Source: Anaerolineales bacterium UBA6092
GTDB taxonomy: Bacteria; Chloroflexota; Anaerolineae; Anaerolineales; UBA4823
Assembly (NCBI GenBank): GCA_002428565.1
Contig: DIXA01000026.1
Location: 5,435 to 69,434 of the forward strand
Direction: 5' to 3'
DNA: 64,000 nucleotides
Shown: in pieces, positions 28,428 to 38,894 of the stretch
Layout: each line of letters opens with the position of its first letter
Numbering within the stretch: the first letter of the stretch is position 1
Made by a program: the position numbers and the translations under genes
Notes under the pieces: model-generated
Database searches by the model: none
What the model saw: the letters and a program-made list of their open reading frames with translations, nothing else
What the model was told of the DNA's origin: nothing

Positions 28428-28592
28428 TACGAGCGCTACACCACCCCCCTCAGCGCCTCCTTCAACCGCCCCACCTCCTCCAACGTATTGTAATGCACCG
28501 GCCCCACGCGCACCATGCCGCCGGATTCCTCCAGCCCCAGGCGCTCGGTGACGCTGATGGCATAGTAGTTGCCGTCCCACAGGTTGATGTTC
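28428..28592 (-). pseudogene. class V aminotransferase (cysteine-desulfurase-like) 3'-end fragment, copy A
   Basis: Encodes ...NINLWDGNYYAISVTERLGLEESGGMVRVGPVHYNTLEEVGRLKEALRGVV*. DNA is near-identical to 63165-63320. No N-terminal part is present. Confidence 0.75.
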
Positions 28593-28711
28593 AAGAAATC
28601 AACGATGCCAGATGACATTACCTGTCCAACTGGCCAAGTACAAACTCTCCTTTCAACGGGGAAGTTTTTTGTTCTCACAGACTATACTGACTATTGAAAG
28701 GAACTTCTACC

Positions 28712-29653
28712 ATGAAAAAAACCATCCTGCTGTTCACCTTGTTCGTCCTGCTCACCTCGGCCTGCGATCCCATCGTATCGGTCGAGCCAACCATCGTTGC
28801 GGAGGCCACAGCCACCAACGCCGCGCCCCCCGCAACGGACATCCCCTCCCCAACCCCAGAACCAGCCACCCCCACCCCAGAGATTTTTATTTCCCTGACC
28901 CAGGCTGTTCCGGGCGAACTCCAGCCTACTCAGGCCCCTGTCGGAACAACCGCCACCTACTCTCCCCTGACCCTGACCATCCCACAGGCCATCGCCAACG
29001 GGGCCAGTGGCAGTAACATGCCTCGCCTGGATGGAGATGATGCCGCCTGGTGGGAAAAGACCCCGGGGCACCTTGAAGTTAGCCTGGCTGATTACTATGT
29101 TTTGCTGGGCAAAACCCACCAACCGGTCATCTACATTTACCCCGCTTCAGCGTACGTTGAACTCTCTTCTTCGGCCTTCGAGAGCATCCACCGTCTGAAC
29201 AACTACCTGTATGCCCCCAACAACATCCCGGCGCTTGCCGAACTACCTGGGGTACCGTTCCTCAATGCCCAAATCCAGTTCGCGGCGCAAATCCAACAGG
29301 TATCGTTCCAGAATGGCAGCGGCATTCGCTACATCACTCAGTATGATCAATACGCCGCCCCGGTCAACAACGCCGACCTATTCTACAACTACATCGGCAT
29401 CACCAATGATGGTGCGTATTATGTGGTAGCAATTTTCCCGCTCACCAATTCCCGGTTGGCCGAAACCAGCGATGCCAACGCCCCCCTGCCTTCGGGTGGC
29501 ATCCCCTACCCAGGCATGGGCTCACCCCAGAATCAAATGGAGCCTTACTACATCGCTGTGACCGAAATGCTCAATGTTCAACTGCCCGCCAGCTTTTTCC
29601 CCGGCCTCGCAGAACTGGATAGTCTCATCCAGTCCATGCAGATCAGCCAGTAA
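28712..29653 (+). CDS. putative lipoprotein, function unknown
   Basis: MKKTILLFTLFVLLTSAC (lipobox-like LTSAC), then a Pro/Thr-rich linker. GAAAGGA lies upstream of ATG 28712. Confidence 0.65.
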   Translation: MKKTILLFTLFVLLTSACDPIVSVEPTIVAEATATNAAPPATDIPSPTPEPATPTPEIFISLTQAVPGELQPTQAPVGTTATYSPLTLTIPQAIANGASGSNMPRLDGDDAAWWEKTPGHLEVSLADYYVLLGKTHQPVIYIYPASAYVELSSSAFESIHRLNNYLYAPNNIPALAELPGVPFLNAQIQFAAQIQQVSFQNGSGIRYITQYDQYAAPVNNADLFYNYIGITNDGAYYVVAIFPLTNSRLAETSDANAPLPSGGIPYPGMGSPQNQMEPYYIAVTEMLNVQLPASFFPGLAELDSLIQSMQISQ

Positions 29654-29661
29654 TTTCCTTG

Positions 29662-29696
29662 CCTGGGAGACCGTCTTTGAAAGACGGTCTCCCAGG
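29662..29696 (+). terminator. 17-bp stem hairpin
   Basis: cctgggagaccgtcttt g aaagacggtctcccagg, 9 nt after the stop at 29653. No T-run. Confidence 0.4.
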
Positions 29697-29734
29697 CCAC
29701 TTTGCAATTTCAAACCCTGATAAGGAAAACTTCG

Positions 29735-30577
29735 ATGCACACGAAACTCAAACGCTTTTTCTCTGGGGCCGCGATTGCCCTGCTGACGCTGACGATTGGT
29801 TACAGCCTGCTGCGCCCGCTGCACCTGCGCTGGGGCGCCAGTGAAGCCGACCTGCAGCGTGCCATGCCGGGCGACCTGGGCGGTTCTCGTTGGACACGCG
29901 CCATCCTGATCGAGGCCGTGCCGGAGCAAATCTGGCCTTGGCTGGTGCAGTTTGGGCAAGGACGCGGCGGATGGTACAGTTACGACTGGCTGGAAAACCT
30001 GCTGGGCTTCGACATTCACACCGCTGATCAGATATCACCCGAATACCAGAACCCGCAAATTGGCACACCGATTTGCATGTCGGGCAGTTTTTGCCCCAGC
30101 AAAGTGCATGTGATGGAACCCTACCAGTGGTTTGGCTGGCAAGCCACCGATGAAAGCGGCCAACCGGTCTGGACTTTTGTGTTCGGTTTGTTTCCCGAGG
30201 GTGCAAACCAAACACGGCTGGTGGTGCGCGAGAGTTTCGACCCGGCCTTTATGCCCCCGGCAGCGGTACTCGCCCTGGAAATCCCGGATGTGGTCATGGA
30301 ATTGAAAATGCTGGATACGCTCAAGGCTCGCGCCGAAGGCCGCTCCGCATCCGGGCTGGTCACAGCCGCCGAAATCAGCCTTTGGTTGGCAGCCCTGGTC
30401 GCCAGCCTGTGGGCTGGCTGGCTGTTTCTCACTCGCCCCGCATGGCAACGCCCACTGGCTTTTTTCGCGGCCGGGCTGGTTGTGATCCTGCTCATCACCT
30501 TCATCTTCCTGCCCTTATGGCTGCGCGGATTACTGGTCGCGCCGCTGTTTGCAGGACTCGCCTGGAGAAAGTTATGA
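29735..30577 (+). CDS. SRPBCC-superfamily-like protein with N- and C-terminal TM segments
   Basis: WGASEADLQRAMPGD...AVPEQIWPWLVQFGQGRGGWYSYDWLEN. This pattern is common in proteins annotated SRPBCC (from memory). Confidence 0.6.
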   Translation: MHTKLKRFFSGAAIALLTLTIGYSLLRPLHLRWGASEADLQRAMPGDLGGSRWTRAILIEAVPEQIWPWLVQFGQGRGGWYSYDWLENLLGFDIHTADQISPEYQNPQIGTPICMSGSFCPSKVHVMEPYQWFGWQATDESGQPVWTFVFGLFPEGANQTRLVVRESFDPAFMPPAAVLALEIPDVVMELKMLDTLKARAEGRSASGLVTAAEISLWLAALVASLWAGWLFLTRPAWQRPLAFFAAGLVVILLITFIFLPLWLRGLLVAPLFAGLAWRKL

Positions 30578-31371
30578 ATATCCCCCTGCCCAACTTCCCC
30601 GAAAGCCTGGCGGCAAAAGTCGCCAACGGACAAATCCCCCTGCGCCGCGCCTGGGTGATGCTCGTGCTGCGCTCGTCCGTTAGTTTTGCACTACTGCTGA
30701 TGGTGACAGTGATTTACCAACTCGCCGGCAGCGCCTCACCCATCGCAGACTCGGCGGCCTGGTGGCTGTGGTTTGTCACTGCCGCAAATATTGTCTGCAT
30801 TGGCCTGCTGGTTTATTTTGGTCGGCTTGAAGGCTTGCGCCTGCGCGAAATTTATTTCGCCAACCGCGCTACCTGGAAAGGCGACCTGGCCTGGTTCTTG
30901 CTGGCAGGGGTTGTTTCGGTTTTCGTCGCCATGCCGCCCGGCACGCTGCTCGCCCAGGCGTTGTGGGGCAACGCCAATTTCCCCAACGATCTACTCTTCC
31001 AGCCGCTGCCGCTATGGGCCGTTTACCCACTGTTCCTGCTCATGCCCACCACCCAGGCTCTTGCCGAACTACCCACCTATTGGGGCTATGTTGCGCCGCG
31101 CCTGCGCGCCGCCGGTATAAACCGCTGGCTGGTGATTGGCATTGTCGGTTTCTGGCTGTCCATCCAGCATATGTTCTTCTCGTTTCAATTGGATTGGCGG
31201 TACAATTTGTGGTTGGCAGTCAAATTCTTCCCTTTTGCGCTATGGACAGGCTTTCTCATGGATCGCCGCCCCACCACCCTGCCCTACCTGATGATCCTGC
31301 ACTTCCTGCTGGATGCCACTCTGCCGCTCCTGACACTAATGGTCTCGCAGGGGATGGCCATTACGCCGTAA
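30574..31371 (+). CDS. polytopic membrane protein, possibly CPBP (CAAX protease-like) family
   Basis: ATGA start/stop overlap with the upstream gene. Has 6-8 TM helices. Weak CPBP-like motifs are AELPTYWGYVAPR, SIQHMFF and ILHFLLD. Confidence 0.4.
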   Translation: MNIPLPNFPESLAAKVANGQIPLRRAWVMLVLRSSVSFALLLMVTVIYQLAGSASPIADSAAWWLWFVTAANIVCIGLLVYFGRLEGLRLREIYFANRATWKGDLAWFLLAGVVSVFVAMPPGTLLAQALWGNANFPNDLLFQPLPLWAVYPLFLLMPTTQALAELPTYWGYVAPRLRAAGINRWLVIGIVGFWLSIQHMFFSFQLDWRYNLWLAVKFFPFALWTGFLMDRRPTTLPYLMILHFLLDATLPLLTLMVSQGMAITP

Positions 31372-31487
31372 TCTCGTGCTGATGACATACACCGGCAACC
31401 TGTCCACTTGAACAGCCCAAGACTCCCTCAGCGGCGGGGGCGCTTTGGTTTCGTTGCTGTATAATCAACCCATCAGGAGCAACAAAC

Positions 31488-32054
31488 ATGTCCGCACAAC
31501 AAGAAATTCACACCCTGCTGCAAACCTTCCAAAGCGGTTACACTCGCCGAGACTTGAGCCAGGTGGATGCTTTCATGGCATTGTTCACCCCCGAAGCCGA
31601 AGTCATTGGCACCAACGGCGTCAAACCGGGTGCGGGCGAGTGGTATCAGAACCGCGCCGCCGCCCGCGAACTGGTTCATGGCGACTGGGAAGGCTGGGGC
31701 GATTTCTGCCTCAACCTGGATTCTGCCTCCATACATGTTATCGGTGAGGTCGGTTGGGTGGCCGCTACCGCCACCGTCACCCAGACCATTGGCGAAGAGA
31801 ACTACGCGTCGTATTTGAACTTCGTCAAGGAGTATCTCGACCAGCCCGGCATCAGCGCGGAGCAAAAACTGCATTCCATCTTGCGTGGCGGGACGAACAC
31901 GGTTTACGAACTGCGGCGCGGCGAAAAATTTATCTGGCCGCTGCGTTTCACCGCCGTCGTGGTGTACACGCCCGAGGGCTGGAAATTCGCCCAGATGAAC
32001 TTCTCCTTCCCCACCATCTACTTTCCTGATGTGCGCATCATTGAAGAGGTTTGA
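31488..32054 (+). CDS. NTF2-like (SnoaL/DUF4440-like) protein
   Basis: IHTLLQTFQSGYTRRDLSQVDAFMALFTPEAEVIGT...ASIHVIGEVGWVAATATV. Confidence 0.6.
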   Translation: MSAQQEIHTLLQTFQSGYTRRDLSQVDAFMALFTPEAEVIGTNGVKPGAGEWYQNRAAARELVHGDWEGWGDFCLNLDSASIHVIGEVGWVAATATVTQTIGEENYASYLNFVKEYLDQPGISAEQKLHSILRGGTNTVYELRRGEKFIWPLRFTAVVVYTPEGWKFAQMNFSFPTIYFPDVRIIEEV

Positions 32055-32211
32055 TCGCTGTGCTGAATACACGCTTGATCCTGGTTGAAGGGTCTCCCGC
32101 TTCCGGCAAAACCACCACCGCCGGAAAATTGGCCGAAAATATCGCCCGCGCCGGGCTGGACTGCCGGCGCTTATCGAACTGCCAGCACAACTGGACTGAC
32201 CTGCCCACTTG
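32050..32211 (+). pseudogene. truncated P-loop kinase-like ORF (53 aa)
   Basis: VLNTRLILVEGSPASGKTTTAGKLAENIARAGLDCRRL... It has a Walker A but stops after about 50 residues. Below the ORF-track threshold. Confidence 0.3.
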
Positions 32212-32220
32212 ACCAGGGCA

Positions 32221-32249
32221 AACCTCCCCCACCGACGGGGGAGGTTTTG
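32221..32249 (+). terminator. Rho-independent-like terminator
   Basis: aacctccccc accgac gggggaggtt ttgg. Confidence 0.5.
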
Positions 32250-32258
32250 GTTACCGCG

Positions 32259-33203
32259 ATGTATGATTTAGTTATGAAACTCATCCTGCGCAAATATCGC
32301 ACCGAGTCCGATGGCGAAAAAATCCGCCAGTTCCTGCGCGAAGTCTTCCTGGCGAACGACCGCCGCGAAATCAGTTGGCCGCTTTACCGCTGGGATTACT
32401 GGCGTTGGCACGTCAACGAGAATATCTTCAAATTTGATCTTTCGGCTGCGATTTTCCTGTGGGAAACGCCAGATGGCCGCCTGGCCGCTGTGCTTAACCC
32501 CGATGGGCCAGGTGAAGCCTTTTTGCAGGTGCATCCTGAATTTCACACCCCAGAACTCGAAGTGGAAATGCTTTCAACAGCAGAAACACAATTCGCGACC
32601 ACCCAGGCGGAGGGACGCCAACGCCTGGTGGTTTGGGCGCACGAGAACGACCTGCTGCGGCAAGATGTGCTGAAGCGGCGCGGTTACGCAAAGAGTCAGT
32701 GGCTTCCCGAACACCAGCGCCGCCGAGCGATGAGCCAGCCCATCCCCGAAATCCCCACGCCTGATGGTTACATCCTGCGCACCCTGGGCGGTGTGGACGA
32801 GCATCCTGCGCGCAGTTGGGTCTCGTGGAAAGCCTTCCATCCAGACGAACCAGACGAGAAATATGAGGGCTGGGACTGGTACGCCAACGTCCAGCGCGCC
32901 CCGCTCTACCGCCGCGACCTGGATCTGGTGGCTGCCGCCCCCAACGGTGAGTTTGCCGCCTTTGGCACGCTCTGGTTCGACGAGGTCACCCGCGCCGCCG
33001 CCTTTGAGCCGGTTGGCACGCACCCCAACCACCAGCGCAAGGGGTTGGGCAAAGCCCTTATGGCAGAGGGGCTGCGCCGTGTGCGCGATCTGGGGGCGAC
33101 ACTCTGCACGGTTGTTTCCTATTCCCAGGCCGCCGGGGCGCTCTACGCTTCACTCGGTTTTACTAAATATGACTTATCCGAACCCTGGGTCAAAGAGTGG
33201 TAA
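32259..33203 (+). CDS. GNAT family N-acetyltransferase
   Basis: HPNHQRKGLGKALMAEGLRRVRDLGATLCTVVSYSQAAGALYASLGF (acetyl-CoA binding motif A). The upstream ORF extension is Pro-rich and non-coding in appearance. Confidence 0.75.
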   Translation: MYDLVMKLILRKYRTESDGEKIRQFLREVFLANDRREISWPLYRWDYWRWHVNENIFKFDLSAAIFLWETPDGRLAAVLNPDGPGEAFLQVHPEFHTPELEVEMLSTAETQFATTQAEGRQRLVVWAHENDLLRQDVLKRRGYAKSQWLPEHQRRRAMSQPIPEIPTPDGYILRTLGGVDEHPARSWVSWKAFHPDEPDEKYEGWDWYANVQRAPLYRRDLDLVAAAPNGEFAAFGTLWFDEVTRAAAFEPVGTHPNHQRKGLGKALMAEGLRRVRDLGATLCTVVSYSQAAGALYASLGFTKYDLSEPWVKEW

Positions 33204-33225
33204 GATTAGAACCTTGAGGCCCACC

Positions 33226-36200
33226 ATGCGCCGGACCCTATCCCTGATTGTTCTCAGCCTGCTGTTTTTCGCCACCTTCTACCCCGCTGCCGCCCAAAGC
33301 GCTGGCCCCACCTTCGCCCCCGGCGCCCACCTGCGTTTTGAACACATCACCATTGATGATGGTCTCTCGCAAAACGCCGGGCTGGCTCTGCTGCAAGACC
33401 GCCAGGGTTACCTGTGGATTGGCACACAAGACGGCCTGAACCGCTACAACGGCTATACCCTCACTCAGTTCAAACACGATCCCGACAACCCCACCAGCCT
33501 CAGCCACAGCAGCATCATCGCTCTCTACGAGGACCGCGCTGGCTTCTTGTGGATTGGCACCTGGGGCGGCGGCCTGAACCGCTACGATCCTGCCAGCGGA
33601 CAATTCACCCGCTACACCCCCGACCCCGCCAGCATCAGCCACCCCATCGTTACCGATATTGTCCAGGATGGGCAGGGCGTGTACTGGGTTGCCACGCTCG
33701 GCGGACTGGAACGCTTCGACCCGACCACCAACGTGTTCACCCATTTCCGCCACAGCCCTGATAATATCACCAGCCTGAGCAGCGACGTCATCTCGGTCCT
33801 GCTGCCTGCCCCCGGCGGCAAATTATGGGTCGGTACGGGCGCCTTCAGCGCCCCCGGCGCGGGGCTGAACCTGTTCGACCCAACCACCGGTAACGCTCAG
33901 CGCCTTGCCCAAACCGGCGACTGCCTGGCCTCTGCGAACATCGCCGATCTCCTGCCCGCCCCGGACGGCGGCCTGTGGATCGCCTACGGCGGCTACGGTG
34001 TTGCCGGCGGCGGCATCGATCACTACAACCCCCAAACCGGCGCCTGTTCCCACTTCGACAACGCGCAGGCCTTCGGCAACCAGATTGCCGACAACAACTT
34101 CACCGACCTGGCCTTTGACCGCGACGGCGCGCTCTGGATGGCCGGTTGGTCGGGTGGTTTGTGGCGTATGGCCCCCGATGGACAGTTCACCGGCATCCAC
34201 CACAACCCTGCCGACCCCGAAAGCCTGTCCAGCGACAACACCTTCACCGTGCTGCCCGACCGCTCCGGCGTCATCTGGATTGGCACGCTCAGCGCGGGGA
34301 TCAACAAACTCAACCTCGACACCCTGCAATTTCGCACCTACCGCCACGACGCATCGAACCCCAAAAGCCTGCCCAGCAACCATGTCAGCGCCTTTGCCGA
34401 AACCAGCGATGGCATGATCTGGCTGGGGAGCATCGAAAACGGCCTGGTGCGCTTCGACCCGGCCAGCGGCGAATTCAGCGCCTACCGTTCTGACCCGGCC
34501 AACCCGGCCAGTATTTCCGGCGACATGGTGCTGACCATCTACGCGGACTCCGGCGATACACTCTGGGTAGGCACCCTCGGCAGCGGACTGAACCACTTTG
34601 ACCCACGCACCCAAACTTTCACCCGTTACCAGAACGACCCCGCCGACCCCCAGAGTCTGCTCGAAAACCAGGTAACGAACCTGATCCGCGACCGGGCCGG
34701 GCGGCTGTGGGTGGGCACTTTTGCTGGTCTCTCGCGCCTCGATCCCGGCGCGACGGGTTTTATCAACTACCCCATGCCCGCGCCGCCCGTCTCTTTTGGC
34801 CTGGTGGGGGATGAACTGTGGGCGGGAACCTGGGGCGGCGGCATCTACCGCCTTGACCTTGTCGACCCTGCCAGCCTGGACCCTGCCACAGCGGTATTTT
34901 CCTCCCTTAAAAACGACCCTGCTAACCCCAACTCGCTCAGCAATGACGGCGTCTGGACAATTCTGCAAACCCCGGATGGCATGGTTTGGCTGGGCACCCA
35001 GGCCGGGCTCAATCGCTACGACCCCCAAACCGGTCAGTTCAAAATCTATACCGAGAAAACCGGCCTGCCCAACACCTCCATCATGGGTATTTTGCGCGAT
35101 GCGCAGGGCTTCCTCTGGCTAACCACCAATCATGGCGTGGCGCGCTTCGACCCGCAGGCCGAGACCTTCCAGGTCTACGAGAAAAGCGACGGCTTGCAGG
35201 GCAACGAGTTCAACTCCAATGCCTACTTCCAGGCCAGGAATGGCAATTTTTACGTTGGCGGCGTGAATGGGTTCAGTATTTTTGATCCGCTCAACCTGCG
35301 CCAGAACGAACTCCCGCCTCCGGTGGTGATTACCGATTTCTCGGTTTTCAACACGCCCCAGCCCTTCAACCCGACTGAATCCATCCGCCTGAACTACGAC
35401 CAAAACTTTATCTCGTTTGAGTTCGCCGCCCTCGATTTCCACGACCCACACCGCAATCAGTACGCCTACAAGCTGGAAGGTTTCGACAAAGATTGGGTGC
35501 AGGCCGGCACGCGCAACTACGTCAGCTACACCAACCTGCCCGGCGGCGACTACACCTTCCGCGTGCGCGCCGCCAACAGCGATGGAATCTGGAATGAAAG
35601 CGGGGCCACTCTCAATCTGACGGTCACGCCCCCCCTCTGGCAAACCAGGCCTTTTCAGTTGGGCCTGCTCTTGGGCGTGGTCGCCCTCGTCACCGTGGCA
35701 TTCCAGTGGCGGGTGCGGGCGGTGCGCCAGCAAAATGCCCATCTGCAAAAAATGGTGGGTGAGCAGCGGCGGGTTGAGGCCGAGTTGCGCCAATCCGAAG
35801 CGCGTTTCAAAGCCATGTTTGATAATGCCGCTGTCGGCGTGACGCTCATGTCACTTGACCGGCGCATCGTCCAAATCAACCCAAAAGTAACTGAAATCAC
35901 TGGTTATTCTGCTGAGGAAATGTACACCATCAACCCATCGGATATGGTACTGGAGCCCGATCGCTATCTCGATCGCGATTTGTTCCTGGAATTGGCGGCT
36001 GGCAAACGTGACCAATACCTGATGGAAAAGCGTTATGTTCGTAAAGATGGCTCCATTTTCTGGGGAAGGGTTAACTTTGCGCTGGTGCGCGGCGAAAATG
36101 AACAGCCGCTCTACATCGTCGGCATTATCGAGGATATTACAGATGAGAAAGAATCCGCCCGCATCCTGGCCGAATCGGAGGAGCGATTCCGCACCCTTTA

Positions 36201-37347
36201 TAACTCGGCCGAGATGGGCATTGTGCTGGTCGACCTGGGTAGCGACGGTTACCAACTTTTAGATGAAAACCGTTTTAACCGGCTGGTGGAAAACCAACAG
36301 CTCAACCCTGCCATGCAACACATGTTCGGGTATTCGGCTGAAGAATTGCAGCAGATCTCCATCACCGATCTGATTTATCCCGATGATCAAGGCATAGACC
36401 GCCAGGAGTTTCGCCAAGTCCTGACCGGCGAAATCGATTCGTTTCACAGTGAAAAACGCTTCGTGCGCAAGGATGGCAGTGTTTTCTGGGGCCGCCTGAC
36501 TGATTCGCTGGCGCGCACCGTGGATGGCACACCACGCATGGTGATTGGGATTATCGAAGATATTACAGAGGAAAGGCTTTCTGCCGAGCGTTTGGCCGCT
36601 CAGGAAGCCGAACACCGCAAGCAACTGGAACAGCGCATTGCCGAGCGTACCGATGATTTGAATCTCGCTAACGAACGCCTGCGTGAAAAAGCCGCCCAGG
36701 ATGCTGTGACCGCTGAGCGCACCCGCCTGGCGCGCGACCTGCACGACGCCGTGACGCAGACCCTGTTCTCGACCACCCTGATTGCCGATGTACTGCCCGA
36801 TATTTGGGCGATGAACCCCGACGAAGGCCGCCGCCGCCTGGAAGAAGTGCGCCAACTGACGCGCGGCGCCCTGGCCGAAATGCGCACCCTGCTGGTCGAA
36901 CTGCGCCCCAATGCCCTGGTGGAAGTGCCACTGCCGACCCTTTTACGCCAACTGACCGAAGCCCTGGCCGGGCGCTCACGCATAAACATCCAACTCAGCG
37001 CTGAGGGCGACGCTGGCAGTGCCAGCGCACGCAAACTCCCCCCCGATGTGCAGGTGGGCCTGTACCGCCTGGCGCAAGAAGCGCTGAACAATATCGTCAA
37101 ACACGCCAAAGCTAGCCAGGCTGTCGTTACCCTGCGCTACAACCCAGAATCCGTGCGTCTGACGGTAATCGACAACGGCACTGGCTTCGACCCATCCACC
37201 GTCACCGCCGACCACCTCGGCCTGAAAATCATGCGCGAGCGCGCCGAAACGATTGGCGCGAAATTGAACATTTACAGCGAACCCGGCGAGGGAACACAAA
37301 TCTCGGTCATTTGGGAACACAAACCTTCTGACCGGCAAGGTTCTTAG
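33226..37347 (+). CDS. hybrid-architecture sensor histidine kinase: signal peptide, Reg_prop beta-propeller repeats, Y_Y_Y domain, TM, 2 PAS, HisKA_3, HATPase_c
   Basis: Many G.LWIGT..GLNRYD repeats. Y_Y_Y-like YAYKLEGFDKDWV...YTNLPGGDYTFRVRA. HisKA_3 box ERTRLARDLHDAVTQTLF. ATPase region NIVKHAKAS...DNGTGF...GLKIMRERA. Confidence 0.85.
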   Translation: MRRTLSLIVLSLLFFATFYPAAAQSAGPTFAPGAHLRFEHITIDDGLSQNAGLALLQDRQGYLWIGTQDGLNRYNGYTLTQFKHDPDNPTSLSHSSIIALYEDRAGFLWIGTWGGGLNRYDPASGQFTRYTPDPASISHPIVTDIVQDGQGVYWVATLGGLERFDPTTNVFTHFRHSPDNITSLSSDVISVLLPAPGGKLWVGTGAFSAPGAGLNLFDPTTGNAQRLAQTGDCLASANIADLLPAPDGGLWIAYGGYGVAGGGIDHYNPQTGACSHFDNAQAFGNQIADNNFTDLAFDRDGALWMAGWSGGLWRMAPDGQFTGIHHNPADPESLSSDNTFTVLPDRSGVIWIGTLSAGINKLNLDTLQFRTYRHDASNPKSLPSNHVSAFAETSDGMIWLGSIENGLVRFDPASGEFSAYRSDPANPASISGDMVLTIYADSGDTLWVGTLGSGLNHFDPRTQTFTRYQNDPADPQSLLENQVTNLIRDRAGRLWVGTFAGLSRLDPGATGFINYPMPAPPVSFGLVGDELWAGTWGGGIYRLDLVDPASLDPATAVFSSLKNDPANPNSLSNDGVWTILQTPDGMVWLGTQAGLNRYDPQTGQFKIYTEKTGLPNTSIMGILRDAQGFLWLTTNHGVARFDPQAETFQVYEKSDGLQGNEFNSNAYFQARNGNFYVGGVNGFSIFDPLNLRQNELPPPVVITDFSVFNTPQPFNPTESIRLNYDQNFISFEFAALDFHDPHRNQYAYKLEGFDKDWVQAGTRNYVSYTNLPGGDYTFRVRAANSDGIWNESGATLNLTVTPPLWQTRPFQLGLLLGVVALVTVAFQWRVRAVRQQNAHLQKMVGEQRRVEAELRQSEARFKAMFDNAAVGVTLMSLDRRIVQINPKVTEITGYSAEEMYTINPSDMVLEPDRYLDRDLFLELAAGKRDQYLMEKRYVRKDGSIFWGRVNFALVRGENEQPLYIVGIIEDITDEKESARILAESEERFRTLYNSAEMGIVLVDLGSDGYQLLDENRFNRLVENQQLNPAMQHMFGYSAEELQQISITDLIYPDDQGIDRQEFRQVLTGEIDSFHSEKRFVRKDGSVFWGRLTDSLARTVDGTPRMVIGIIEDITEERLSAERLAAQEAEHRKQLEQRIAERTDDLNLANERLREKAAQDAVTAERTRLARDLHDAVTQTLFSTTLIADVLPDIWAMNPDEGRRRLEEVRQLTRGALAEMRTLLVELRPNALVEVPLPTLLRQLTEALAGRSRINIQLSAEGDAGSASARKLPPDVQVGLYRLAQEALNNIVKHAKASQAVVTLRYNPESVRLTVIDNGTGFDPSTVTADHLGLKIMRERAETIGAKLNIYSEPGEGTQISVIWEHKPSDRQGS

Positions 37348-37388
37348 CAGCCTGCCGCACTTTGTAGAGACAATATTGGAGAACGATT

Positions 37389-38018
37389 ATGGATAACAAA
37401 ATCCGCATCATGCTCGTAGATGATCATGCCGTCGTACGCTCAGGCCTGGGCGCGTTCCTGAGCGTCAACCCCGATTTGGAACTGGTGGGCGAGGCCGAAA
37501 ACGGGGAGCAAGCCGTTGTGCGCGCCGGGATTCTTCAGCCGGATGTCATTCTGATGGATTTGATGATGCCGGTGATGGACGGGGTGGCTGCCACCGCCGC
37601 CATTAAAAAGCAGCATCCGGGCATCCAAATTATTGCCTTGACCAGTTTTCAGGAAGATGAACTGGTGCAGAACGTGCTCAAAGCCGGAGCAATTGGCTAC
37701 TTGATGAAGAATGTCAGCGCCCGCGAACTTTCGGCAGCTATCAAAGCCGCCCGGGAGGGCAAGATGACGCTTTCTCCTGAAGCGGCTCAAGCGCTGGTCC
37801 ATGCCAGCCAGCAAGCCCAGGAAACCGAAACCCTGACCGAGCGCGAGCGTGATGTGCTGAAGCTGATGGTGGAGGGATTAAATAACGCTGAGATTGCCGA
37901 GCGGCTGGTGGTCAGTCTGTCTACCGTGAAATACCATATCAGTAACATATTAATGAAGCTGGGCGTGGATAACCGCGTGGCAGCCGTGACAACGGCCATC
38001 CAAAAACGCTTAGTCTGA
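37389..38018 (+). CDS. NarL/LuxR family response regulator
   Basis: REC domain (IRIMLVDDH...DVILMDLMMP...ALTS) plus LuxR HTH (LTERERDVLKLMVEGLNNAEIAERLVVSLSTVKYHISNILMKLG). Confidence 0.9.
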   Translation: MDNKIRIMLVDDHAVVRSGLGAFLSVNPDLELVGEAENGEQAVVRAGILQPDVILMDLMMPVMDGVAATAAIKKQHPGIQIIALTSFQEDELVQNVLKAGAIGYLMKNVSARELSAAIKAAREGKMTLSPEAAQALVHASQQAQETETLTERERDVLKLMVEGLNNAEIAERLVVSLSTVKYHISNILMKLGVDNRVAAVTTAIQKRLV

Positions 38019-38040
38019 ACATTCCTGTTAAATCCTATTC

Positions 38041-38085
38041 AACCATAACACACCCCGAAAATGAGATTCGGGGTGTGTTATGGTT
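38041..38085 (+). terminator. 19-bp perfect-stem hairpin
   Basis: aaccataacacaccccgaa / aatgaga / ttcggggtgtgttatggtt. Confidence 0.45.
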
Positions 38086-38321
38086 AAAAACGCCCCCACC
38101 CCCGGCCCCGCCCCCCAGGCGGCGGGGAGAAAGCGCAAAAATGGGTTCCGTGAGGGGGATGGGAGAAATGGATTAAAGCACACGCCTCGCCCCAGCAGGT
38201 GCGATTGCTCCAGTTTTCATTCGAACCTATCCTTTCAGCCAGTGCAATACTCCCCTGATGGTTGGGGCGGGCAAAGGGCAGGCGGCGTAAACTAAGAGCA
38301 GAAAGAGAGGAAATTTCAGCC

Positions 38322-38885
38322 ATGTTTGAGATCCATTCCACCTTTTCCTTTTGCGGTTACAATGGTCATCCCGTTCCTGTTGTTTCTCGTCACGCTCAAT
38401 TGTTTGATCAGGCCATCAGCCTGTTCAACAAGGCGCGGCGTAACAGCATATTCGTACGCATCCGGGCGGCCTTGCTGCGCCGGACCACAGCACTGCTCGA
38501 CCTCTCCATCTTGCCGCAGAATCGCGTGCTTAACCAATGCTACGGCGGCACTAAGACCGTCAATCTCGACCAGATCATCGGCACACTGGGGCGCGTGGGT
38601 GATTTCGATAACCATTTTTACCCGCTCTCTCTACGCACCCAGAGCCGCTGGATCAGTGTGGCGATGGCGCGCAGCCTGTGCCTTCCGCTGGAACCGGTCA
38701 AATTGATACAAGTGGGTGAACACTACTTTGTAGAAGATGGGCACCATCGTATTTCGGTTGCCCGGACGCGCGGCGAAACCGCTATCGATGCAGAAATCAT
38801 CATTTGGAAAGTGAGCGGCTCACTCCCGTGGGAAACTCGGCCCGCTTCCGATGCTCACCCTGTATTAGAACACCTGTCCATCTGA
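38322..38885 (+). CDS. ParB/sulfiredoxin-like domain protein
   Basis: IQVGEHYFVEDGHHRISVARTRGETAIDAEI (DGHHR-type motif). Confidence 0.55.
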   Translation: MFEIHSTFSFCGYNGHPVPVVSRHAQLFDQAISLFNKARRNSIFVRIRAALLRRTTALLDLSILPQNRVLNQCYGGTKTVNLDQIIGTLGRVGDFDNHFYPLSLRTQSRWISVAMARSLCLPLEPVKLIQVGEHYFVEDGHHRISVARTRGETAIDAEIIIWKVSGSLPWETRPASDAHPVLEHLSI

Positions 38886-38894
38886 CCAGTCTCT

